64,000 nt of DNA from Puccinia triticina (lineage: Eukaryota), in the NCBI GenBank assembly GCA_026914245.1, contig CP110439.1:7936001-8000000 (forward strand). The letters are read 5' to 3'. The notes beneath the pieces are model-generated. The model had not been told where the DNA came from. It searched no databases and saw only the letters and a list, made by a program, of their open reading frames with translations. This document shows positions 1 to 10,644 of the stretch, one piece after another (position 1 is the stretch's first letter; every line of letters starts with the position of its first letter). Position numbers and translations under genes: made by a program.

Positions 1-22
1 TCTCATTTGATCCGCTACATAG

Positions 23-2868
23 CTCATGAGTCCCACGTCATCAGGTCAAGTCGAACACGAAACGCGAAGCGAGACTATGGTTGAGATCCAATCTAACTGA
101 GCTCCTCGTTCTTGTGGTTGAGAATTCTAGCCACCCGTCGTTCCCCGAAGTAAAGCCTGCGAGCAGCTGCTTTTGACTCATGTAAGTTTCTCCTACTGCT
201 CTGTTCGACTGTCACATTTCGAGGCTCAATCCAGACCTGTCAAAATTTCAAAATTTCATATGCAGACCTTTTCCAACTCGTATGGAAAGCCAGCACATGC
301 AAATTATTTGCCCCCAGCAGACTGCGGACAACCCGGCGATTGGGCTTCAGTGATTTTCAACATGACAATAAGTGAAGTGCTGCACGTCTTGAATGCTCCA
401 GCAATGTGTAATTGAAATGAATTGCCCTAATTCTTGTATTGATTGAACAGCTTCCGTTGGTAAGCAATATGACAGGCTTGGGGTGAGATTCTGCGCTTTC
501 TACAATTGTTCTACGTCGAGGTTCAGCATCATTCTTTTCATTCCTTCGATTGTTGATCTCTGCCCTGATCTTATTCATTTAGCGGCTCTATTTCAATGAT
601 ATAGAAAGTGAGTTCGACTTCGTTGAGACTTGTTTACCCAACACTGACTTTTTTCGATCGAATGGCGGTTTCACCCAGTTTGGAGAACATCAACAGGTAA
701 ATGTAGAATTAACCTGCCTTCTCCATTCATATTCTTTGACGACTGATAGCGACTTGATGTATCTAGCCGAACCAACGGTGACTGGAGTCATTTGGACAGT
801 GTCAGTTTGAAGTCTACTTGATTCCAAAAAAGGGTGTTGCAATCAATTGAAGTAAAATCAAACAAAACATTCAGCAATCGCGACGTCTCGAAGTACATCC
901 CTCTGTTGTCTTATCCAGGTTCGCTGTCGTTGGACATTGGAAACATTGTGGACAAGTCAACCAACTTAACTGGAAGTTTTGAAGTCACACTGTCTGCCAA
1001 ATTCTACCCACCCACTCAGCAATTTCCGACAAGCAAGAAGGTAGACAAGATAATTAATATGGGTCGCGGGATTGGACACAATATGACGCATTTTTTGACC
1101 TTTCCACAGGTAAGATCAGACATCTTGCTGTAAATAAAGACCAGCTAGTGGAATAAAAGCAAGTTAATCGGATCATCTGTAAAACTCAGAACCTCGAAGC
1201 TGCATTCTTAGAGGTATTTGCAAGCGGTTCAGGCCAAGAGGAGGTAAGAAAAATGATTCATCTTAAGCTGAATTGACTGTGTCCGTGTATTTCGGGAAGA
1301 CTTATGCTTGATGTTTGAAACTCCAGTTTTGGGTAGGCATACTTTAGCATGTGCATACGCAAAACGATAGCTCACCATCATTACCTGGGATCTACAGTTT
1401 ACAAATGTACCAGATCAATACACGGGGAAAATCGATCCAGAACACACTGGGAATATTGTTACCGCCAAAGGTGCATTCCGAGAAGTTCAAGTCTGGATCG
1501 GTAAGTCAAAGCACAATGAAACACGTTCACTGGCGAGTAGTACTCAGCTGATAACACACTCTTGCTACTGTCAGATAACCGTCTTGCTGGGGTTGCATAT
1601 CCTTTCCCTGTCATATACACAGGTGGAATCCTAATGTCATGGTGGAGGTGGGTTGCTCATCAAATCAACCACCCGTGCATCTACCTGATTTTTGGAACTT
1701 CCTAGGCCGATAGCTGGAATTGGTGCCTTTGACGCGCCGACGTATATCATAGACATTTCGCCTTTTGTCCCATACCTCTCAGACTCCAATGCCCACAACT
1801 TTACTCTGGTCGTGGAGGGACAAGGTGAAAAACATTCAATAAACCCAGATTGGATCTTCAGTGGTTCCGTTTTTATGACTTTGGATCCCAGCGGCGCTCG
1901 AACTACCGGGGAGATGATTGCTTATTCTACGGATTCCAACACAACAGTCGAGCCATCAGCTGGAGCTTCCAAACTTTTATCCGACGTAGACCCATCTTGC
2001 TCCATTAACTTCTTGATCAAGAGCTACCGAAAGCTATCGGTGTCAAGTCTTGTGATCACTGGTAGCGGCGAACCTCGCGTGGTGAGCGTCGAACAAGACT
2101 ACAACTATATGAACGAACAGTCTTGGCTTCCCCGAGGCGATTATCAAGTCAGTCTTATGCTGTCCACTCGCAGCACGTGTGAATAATATAAGCTGAGCCA
2201 CATACTTTTCTCTCTCTTCCACACTCGCCCCATCTTAACAGTCAGTTGTCTTGTCAAGTCAAGGAACTAGTATTTCTACCTCTGATGATATGACGACATT
2301 AAGCGACTCCTTCGAATTTCCTCTAAATTTGAATCTCTCTACTATTGCATCATCCAACCAGACCACGATTATTGGAAACCTCACTCATTCATTTAGACGC
2401 TCACAATTTTTATCATTATCCCCCAGTTTAGGTCAGGTTGAAATTGATACCACGCAAATCTCAATTGGAGAACTAAAGCTGAATGCCAAGGGACGTGTCG
2501 CGGGCGGTCTTGGGAGGACGGCACAATCCTTCGTCTACAAGGATGGAAGAAATGAGAGTTATACCCGGAATATCGAGGTCTATAATGTGACGAATGTGAT
2601 CAGGGATGAAGAATCTGGGTCGCTTTCTTCACCACGCACCTCAGACCTGAATGTCATAACCGTCCTACCGAACAATGAAGACGATATACAAGGGTGCCCA
2701 ATTCGAATTTTGTGCGAAGCTAGTAAGCACCTTATTATAATATATATATCGAGAATAGTCCTTAGCTGTCTAGAGCCTTTTGGCGTGCTCACTAAGATTG
2801 TATTTGTAGGTTTTGAAAAATATGCAAAGTCTTCAGATAAGCTGCTGTTACTACAAACCAATCAGTAG
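23..2868 (+). CDS. Peptide-N4-(N-acetyl-beta-glucosaminyl)asparagine amidase A (PNGase A) family protein, multi-exon, 5' end outside window
   Basis: Exons joined at GT-AG introns give PPVVPRSKACEQLLLTH|TFSNSYGKPA, QYDRL, RDVSKYIPLL...GNIVD...TG, LEVFASGSGQEE|FW, GAFREVQVWID, LAGVAYPFPVIYTGGI...WWR, PIAGIGAFDAPTYIIDISPFVPYLSD. These are characteristic PNGase A motifs. Last exon and stop (2866-2868) are tentative. Confidence 0.85.
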
Positions 2869-2997
2869 AGCTGCAATGATTTATTTCCTATGGGGAGGTT
2901 TGATTTTGCAAACAAACCACCGCCAACGAGTCTCAAGAATATGTTTGTTTTTATACACTATTCTCCAATCTTTTCCTCTGATTCTCTGGATCTTCCT

Positions 2998-3439
2998 AGA
3001 AGGCAGCCTCACTGCCCAGTGTGTGCCATCACCAAAAGTACCAGCCTGAATCCGGTCACCAGCACAATGAGAAACCCAACTAGGCTGGAAATTTTATGCA
3101 CATACCTGATGGGGCCTTTCCCGGTGGAATCAGTCGACGGTGCTAAATACCATCTCACTCTCAGAGATGTAGCGGCAGGATACTCTTACGTGAGGGGCCT
3201 GAAGGCGAAGTCGGAGGTGAATGAGGTCCTCATTGAAATCATTTGCAAAGTAGAAAAACAGACCGGTGATTTGGTGAAAATCCTCCGCAGCAACAAGCGC
3301 GGAGAATTTGCAAACAACGTTTTCAATGTTTTCCTAAAGGAAAAGGGTATCATAGCGGCACACTCCCTCCCATACCACCATCATCAGAATGGTGTGGTAG
3401 AGCGGTTCAACCGCACCATGGCAGATATGCGCAGGACGG
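2998..3439 (+). pseudogene. Ty1/Copia integrase (zinc-finger end plus rve core) fragment, degenerate
   Basis: CPVCAITK, LCTYLMGPF, ILRSNKRGEF, PYHHHQNGVVERFNRT resemble Copia integrase. The first two catalytic Asp positions read Y and N. Truncated at 3440 by another element. Confidence 0.85.
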
Positions 3440-3970
3440 TGTAAGCTCCACTGTGCGATGGTGAAGGCAAGGGGACGAGGCTGAGGCCTTGGGAGGACTT
3501 CTGGAACCAAGGTTTCCTTTGATTGCGCAATCCTAGCTCAGGAGAGATGGAAGGAACATCTCTGTTAGACTACGTACAAGCTGAGGGGAAAGGAGAAAGA
3601 AGAGGAAACTGGGCAGACTCACCTAGCTCAGGAGAGATGGAAGGAACATCTCTGCTGAACTACACCGCGGGGCGAATCCGGTCAAGGGGTGGCGCCACGA
3701 AATGGTCCCAGCCATTTTCAGCCCCTAAGACGCCTCATGGACCACCACTTGCGCCACTATGCCGTATATGATGTGACCAGTGGCTATGCAACGCCCCCAC
3801 GATGCCAGTCTGCTGTGCGCCCCATTTAGGGGCGCCACTAGATACCCTTCAGACCGCTACGCCATTGAGACAACACGGCCATCCGCCCCCGCGGCCGCCT
3901 GGGGGCGACCCCCGGCGGCCGACAAGCCGCCCTGGGGTCAATCAGGGGTACCGTGGCCGCCCCACCAGGC
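3440..3970 (-). mobile_element. LTR-like element with an internal 90-nt intron flanked by a 33-bp direct repeat; only one end resolved
   Basis: Minus strand ends ...gagcttaCA at 3440. Identical 33-mers at 3532-3564 and 3622-3654. GTGAGT donor at 3622, CTAAC branch point, CTAG acceptor at 3533. Its 3' part is similar to the element at 20611-20930. Right boundary approximate. Confidence 0.6.
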
Positions 3971-3993
3971 TGATTCAATATATTTTATATGTA

Positions 3994-5569
3994 CAGACTT
4001 ACTTCGCGCACTGCAGAGAACTCTTCGCGCACTGTGGGGGTCGTTGTCCTGACGTCCAGCCCCCAGTGCGCACTTCTGCCACGGCTCTTTGCGCACTGCA
4101 TTTTCCCCCGAAAAATCAGCTTGAATTTCTTAAGATATTTTTGATGAATCAATAGAATGGCTTTTTATGATCCCCCAGAAAAGTAATCAAGTCATTTAGG
4201 GGTCTCCTTGAGCCTAGAGAAAATTGACATGAAGAAATCATATTTTAACACAACAAGCATTTAAAAAGCCACTTCCTGCAACCCAGTAGCCAAAAAAACT
4301 TCACAGTACAATGGTGCATGTGCAATTTCACAGCCTTATAATTTTCAGAATTTTCACCAGCTTTCATGTAGCTCAAATAGGTATTGCGTTTATTATTTTG
4401 CGTATATGTATAAATTTTTTGTTACACACACCAAAGGCACAAAATTTTGAGAGCACAGAGAAATATGCTTCAAATTAATTCCCTGAAATTCCTAGCAATA
4501 GTGTGTCATTCTAAAATGAGATATAAGGGGTGCGCGGCAGGCTTAGTAGGAAAATTACTGCTAACTGTATAGCTTTTTTGTTACACAGCCAAACAGTCCC
4601 AAAATTTCAGAAATTTTTTCATTGTGGATATTCTCCGCGCCATAAATTTCTTGGCAATGGTGTTTCATGATAACATGAGATATAAGGGGTGCGCGGCGGC
4701 ATTAGTAGGAAAATGGCTGCTACATGTATAGATTGTTTTTTACACGCTGAAACAGTTTTAATTTTCAGGAATGTTTCAATTTGCATATTATCCGCGCCAT
4801 AAAGCTCTTAGCAATACTTTGTGATTAAAAAATGAGATAAGTTAGCAGTCATTTTCCTACTGAGCCCGCCGCACTACATTTCATGTTATCATGACACAAT
4901 ATTGCCAAGAAATTTATGGCGCGGAGAATATCCACAATGAGAACATTTCTGAAATTTTGGGACTGTTTGGGTGTGTAACAAAAAAGCTATACAGTTAGCA
5001 GTAATTTTCATACCAAGCCTGCCGCGCACCCCTTATATCTCATTTTATAATGACACACTATTGCTAGGAATTTCAAGGAATTAATTTGAAGCATATTTCT
5101 CTGTTCTCTCAAAATTTTGTGCCTTTGGTGCGTGTAACAAAAAAGTTATACATATTCGCAAAATAACAAACGCAATACCTATTTGAGCTACGTCATGAAA
5201 GCTGGTGAAAATTCTGAAAATTATTGGGATGTAAAATTGCACATGCACTATCGTACTGTGAAGTTTTTGTGGCTACTGGGTTGCAGGAAGTGGCTTTTTA
5301 AATGCTTGTTGCGTTAAAATATGATTTTTTCATGTCAATTTTCTGTAGGCTCAAGGAGACCCCTAAATGACTTGATTATTTTTTTGGGAGATCATAAAAA
5401 GCCATTCTATTGATTCATCAAAAAACATCTCAAGAAATGCAAGCCTATTTTTCGGGGGAAAATGCAGTGCACGAAGAGCCGTGCCAGAAGCGCGCACTGG
5501 GGGCTGGACGTTGAGACGGCGACCCCCACAGTGCGCAAAGAGTTTTCCGCAGTGTGCGAAGTAAGTCCG
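3994..5569. mobile_element. Non-autonomous foldback DNA transposon, about 730-bp inverted arms with about 158-bp internal subrepeats
   Basis: Ends cagacttacttcg.../...cgaagtaagtccg and the arms are reverse complements. Both flanks read tatatgta (3986-3993, 5570-5577), so the TSD is TA or 8 bp. atgagat(at)aag recurs at about 4516, 4675 and 4832. Confidence 0.9.
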
Positions 5570-6425
5570 TATATGTATTGCATTATATTGTGTTCCAATA
5601 CAATACCAACACACCAAGCCACTTTGTATTCAGAAAAAAATACAATACAATACAATGTATATGTGTATTCAATACAAAATCTGTATTTGTTTCACTGCTG
5701 CCAGAACCCCAGAACCCCAGAACATATTTTGCATGGTGTACTGCTTCCTCAAAATTTGCCTTGTAAAATTCAGGGTTTTGCTGCAAATATGCAATTTTGC
5801 CAGGTACTTTTTTTAAGTAAAATTCCACATGGAAGACTTTGGGTGTAAGTTTACAGGGTTGCTTTTAAGTTTTACATTACAAGGTGGGAATCTAGCCAAA
5901 ACATCATAAAGGGGCCAAGGGCAGGCTAAATGAACACCAAAGATTTACTTCATGCACACCAAAAATGGAGTGAACAGTAGTTCACTCCAAAATTTTTGGT
6001 GTGCACATGTGTCCACTCCAAAATTTTTGGAGTGGATGATGGTATACTCCAAAAATCCCCAAAAATTGGAGTGCCCACTCCAAAATCTTTGGAGTGAACA
6101 CCGGGGCACTCCAAAACCAGCACTCCTCCCATCATGAATGGCCGGTCTGGACTCTGCGCCGCCCACGGAGGGCAGTAAATATCCCTCTTGATGACCGGCA
6201 CAGACCAGCCATCAAGAGGAAAGACACAGCCCTCTCGATGACCGGGAGAGACCGGCCATTGAGACGACACACGCCTCTTGATGACTGGCACAGACCGGCC
6301 ACTGATCAGAGGACAGACACAGCCCTCTCGATGACCGGAAAAGACCGGCCATGGGGAGGATACAGCCCATGTTCATGACTGGGAAAGACTGGCCATTGAG
6401 AGGACACACCCCTCTTGATGACCGG

Positions 6426-7938
6426 TGTGGTATGCTTTATGGTATCCCATATACCAAAATCAAAATTTTCTGCTTTTCTTTCTTATTTCTATTAGTTTTA
6501 CTCTTAATCTCCCTTTTCCTCTTATCAATCACTTAATATTCCTCGAGATTCAGTTTCTAGGGACAAATTCACCACTAGTCTTGCCTTACAGAACACTCAT
6601 AAGGGCACTCACTCAGAAGTTACATACTCTTACACACTCACAATACCCCTTACAACCTCAAACAGTTACACAATCCACATTTACAACACTTAGTTACACA
6701 CACGGTTACATACATAGCTACATACATATTTACACATAGCTGCATCATCACTTAAATACATACAGTGTACACATGCAGGCACTCATGCAGGTGCTAGCTG
6801 CATGTGATAGCTGCATGCACTAGCTGCATGCGCTAGTGGATTTTTGTTGCATAACAACAGCAGGTGACCTGGTTACAGCATGACTACACTAACATCCTGT
6901 CCTGACCAATCACACCCCCTGATTCAGCCTGCAGGTCATAACCCATAATCACATGTACAGTGCTGACCAATCACATTCACCCATTCAGTATATGTACTAG
7001 CCAAAAACCCTCATGTACCTAGCTAAAATATCTCGTGTGGAGCTCTTCTGGAGCTAAAATCCCTCACTGTTGTCTATAAATAGAGGCTCTCCTCCCCTGT
7101 TGTAACTTTCCCCCAGCAGACTACTAGCAGACTACCTGCACTAAGTTTCCCCTATAATAAAGTACACAACTGCTCACTCCACAATATACCAGTCACCCTA
7201 TATTTTGGTTTTACACACATTACAAAACACTTACACACAAAATAACAACGCTACACAACACTCACATTAGATAACACAAACCTCTGAGGGGTCCTCTTTG
7301 ACCAACTATCACCTGGTTGAAGTCCAGACTCCTCACTCATAACAACGAAGGGTAGTTACGCTACGCGTAACGCGTAGATAACGGTAACGTAACAAACTTT
7401 TTGTTGTTATCTACGCGTTACGCGTAACGGCAGTGCGATTACGTTATTGCAACATGTTGAGCCGGTTTTTTTATGCTCGTTGCGTTATCCGGGCGCGCAG
7501 AGCCCTTGAGAACGGGCAAAAAATGAGGCTAAAAAGCCTTAAATGGTCCGTTATCGCGTTGTCCCCCGGATAACGCGATAACGGGCCTCAAAAATGAGGC
7601 CCGTTACGTTACGCGCGGGGCCTGAAATGACCCTGTTACTAGTAAAGTAACGGGGGGCCCCGGATAACGGGGGTAGTTACGTTACCAAAATTGCGCGGAT
7701 AACGCAAGGTAAAGTAACTACCCTTCGTTGCTCATAACACATTTTAGCAACTTCATCGCACCCACTTTATAACAACAGTTATCTGTTGATAACACTCCAC
7801 TATCACTACATTAAACCTGCCAATCTGAGATTGGTGGGCTTGTTTTAATGTCTAGTGAACCAGGAAAGGCAGAGGTTTCCTCATACATCCCTACCCGCAC
7901 TCAGCAAAAGGTTCTCAGGAACACTTTTGAGCTTTACA
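6426..7938 (+). mobile_element. Solo-LTR-like TG...CA element with 4-bp TSD CCGG
   Basis: Starts tgtggtatgc and ends gctttaca. ccgg at 6422-6425 and 7939-7942. TATA-like tataaatag near 7075. Homologous to 14134-16299. Confidence 0.85.
7343..7730. mobile_element. MITE with CAACGAAGGGTAGTTAC TIRs and 7-bp TSD (possibly P-element superfamily)
   Basis: TIRs caacgaagggtagttac / gtaactacccttcgttg. ctcataa duplicated at 7336-7342 and 7731-7737. Interior rich in GTAAC/GTTAC and CpG. Confidence 0.85.
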
Positions 7939-8200
7939 CCGGTGGGTCCCAATCATCGAGAGGACAGACACAGCCCTCTCAATGACCAGAGAAGACCGGC
8001 CATTGAGAGGACACACCCCTCTCAATGGCTGGTCAGTCCCGGTCATCAAGAGGACACACCCCTCTCAATGGCCGGTTGGTCCCGGTCATCAAGAGGACAT
8101 ACCCATCTCGATGGTGGGTTGGTCCCAGTCATTGAGAGGGGCATGTCCCCGGTCTTTACTGGTCATTGAGAGGGCTAGTGTATGTCCTCTTGATGACCGG

Positions 8201-9164
8201 TGTAAGACTCAAAAGTGGTTGTGAAACCCTTTTGCTGAATGGTGAAGGGTATGACGGAGGTGCAAAAATCTGCTCTTCTGCTATCAGATAACAAGACCCA
8301 CCAAGCTAAGCTTGGCAAGTTTTAATCAAGTGATAGGTCTGGTCTAGTTCCAGATGAAGTTGTTTGACAACAGTTATGTGAGAGTTGAGAATGAGTTCAG
8401 TAGTTATTTGCAAATATGAAGGTTGTGGTGAGGTATAGATGTGATGGTAAGTGTGAAGGTGGTATGTAAATAACTGGGGAGTACTGACCTGAGGGAAAAA
8501 CAACTGGGGGGGGAGAGAGCTCCTTATATAGACAAATGTGAGGGATTTTAGCTACAAGGGGGACCCTGGACAAGGGATTTTAGCTGGTGGGATGCGCACA
8601 AGTGGTGTCAGAAGATACTAAATACAGGCAAAAAGTGGGGTGAGAAATGAAAGATGATGTCATACTAATGCAAGGAGTGCATAAACAAAGCGGGGGAATG
8701 TCAAATACAGGGCTACCTCATGCAAGGGATGTATGAGTGGTGTCAGACTAATGCAAGGAGTGCAGAAATGGGGTCAGAAGACTGCATGCAGCTGCAAGGG
8801 GTGCATAAATGAAGCGGGGACATGTCAAATACAGAAGAAATGGGGTTGGTCCCCTGCATATGCAGTGGAGATAAGAGGGATAGAAAAGAGTATTTTTTGG
8901 GCTGGGGCTGAGTATGTGTATACCTGGTAAAGGTGACTCAAGGGGTGTGACAGTTTGATGACTGGGGCTGGCTATGTCCATGAGCGTCCAAAAGGGTGTA
9001 ACTTCCAATCCAGCGGGGTTCCAGTGACGCTTCCAGTGGTGAATAGGGGTAAAATTGGCCGTAGAATCCATTTCTGAGTTCCATTTGGTGGTATCTTGAG
9101 TCCTAGGGTGAGTAAATATATGTATGAGAAAAAACTTTTGATTTTTCACTTTTTGTCTACCACA
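8201..9164 (-). mobile_element. Solo-LTR-like TG...CA element with 4-bp TSD CCGG
   Basis: tgtaagactc...ctaccaca with ccgg on both sides. It is the reverse complement homolog of 22805-23703. Confidence 0.85.
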
Positions 9165-10644
9165 CCGGCCAGTCCCGGTCATCGCAAGAGGGGTTGTTTC
9201 CTCTCGCTCAACGGCCGGTCCTTCCCGGTCTTTGAGAGGGGTGGTCCTCTTGATGGCCGGTCCGTCCCGGTCATTGAGAGGGGTGTGTCCTCTTGATGAC
9301 CGGTCAGTCCCGGTCATTGAGAGGGGTGTGTCCTCTCAATGACCGGTCGGTCCCAGTCATTGAGAGGGGTTGTGTCCTCTCACTCAATGGCCGGTCCGTC
9401 CCGGTCATCAAGAGGGGTGTGTTCTCTTGATGGCCGGTCTTTCCCGGTCATTGAGAGGGCTGTGTCTGTCCTCTCGATGACCGGGACCAACCGGTCATTG
9501 AGAGGGGTGTGTCATCTTGATGGCCGGTCTGTGCCAGTCATCAAGAGGGGTGTGTCCTCTTGATGGCCATTCCGTCCCGGTCATTGAGAGGGCTGTTTCT
9601 GTCCTCTTGATGACCGGTCTGTGCCGGTCATTGAGAGGGATATGTACTGCCCTCCATGGGCGGCGCAGAGTCCAGACCGGCCATTCATGATGGGAGGAGT
9701 GCCCCGGTGTTCACTCCAAAGATTTTGGAGTGGGCACTCCAATTTTTGGGGATTTTTGGAGTATACCATCATCCACTCCAAAAATGTGGGATTGGACACA
9801 TGTGCACACCAAAAATTTTGGAGTGAACTACTGTTCACTCCATTTTTGGTGTGCATGAATTAAATCTTTGGTGTGCATTTATCCTGCCCCCATTATAAAA
9901 TTACACATACCCCCCTTGATGTGTACTTTTGCAAAGAACTAGAGCACAAAGCGGCTCTGCCGCTGCAGGGTACCACCCCCCCCCCCCCCACGGGTACCAG
10001 GCCCCCCCCACTTTTCACCAGCAATAGGCCCCCACTAATTGTGGCAGATACCCCTGTAAACCACCAGGACAAGGCTGGCCACTTGTTCAAGAATGCATTC
10101 CTCAAATCAAGCATGAACAGAGGGACCTTGTGCACATGGTGGCAGACAAGCTAAACAACCAATGAATTCCCCCCTTTGCAATCACCGGTTGGACTAAGCA
10201 CCATGCACAGCTGTTGCTACTGCGAGTAATATATCAGACCTGAACTACCGGATATGCTATTTCCCAACCATACAAACAATCAGATGCTCATTGAGGGGCG
10301 GCTCACCCTTATTGCCAGACACACAATTTAAACGCCCAATGAGTCAACCCTGAGGTACATTGTTTATTACAATGGGCAAAAACCCTGAAAGATAATTGCT
10401 GCACACTCACACTCCCCACAAGCGGAAGGACAAACATGGCTCCTTGCCTTACAGGACTACACATACAAATTTGATGCCCACTACAATTATCCCTCCTCAA
10501 TTCATGCCTTTCAAAAACAAACATCAAGTCAGTTAAGTTGATAATGGCTCCAATTTGAGTTCAGATCAATTCACCTTTTGTTTGAATATCTGAAGATGAA
10601 CAACATCAACTACCACATTACGCTCATGTGGTTTGGCCACAAGA

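Larger units (their letters stand above)
6184..9640. repeat. Array of about 43-bp units (CTCTYRATG-16nt-CATYRAGAG-9 to 13nt), interrupted by two TG...CA elements
   Basis: Units visible at 6184-6425, 7939-8200 and 9165-9640. Confidence 0.9.
5919..9889. mobile_element. Large non-coding TIR element: about 270-bp unique TIRs plus a repeat array, hosting nested insertions
   Basis: 5919-6190 is the reverse complement of about 9630-9889 (gggcagg.taaatg.acaccaaagattta.ttcatgcacacc...). No clear TSD. Confidence 0.8.

Noticed and set aside
5945..6409. ORFs duplicated at 5.9-6.4 kb and 9.3-9.9 kb, and at 3.8-4.1 kb and 5.4-5.6 kb
   Set aside because: By-products of inverted repeats, with no protein motif.
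6184..9640. CRISPR-like repeat-spacer appearance
   Set aside because: The spacers are two recurring sequences rather than unique ones, there are no cas genes, and the context is eukaryotic.
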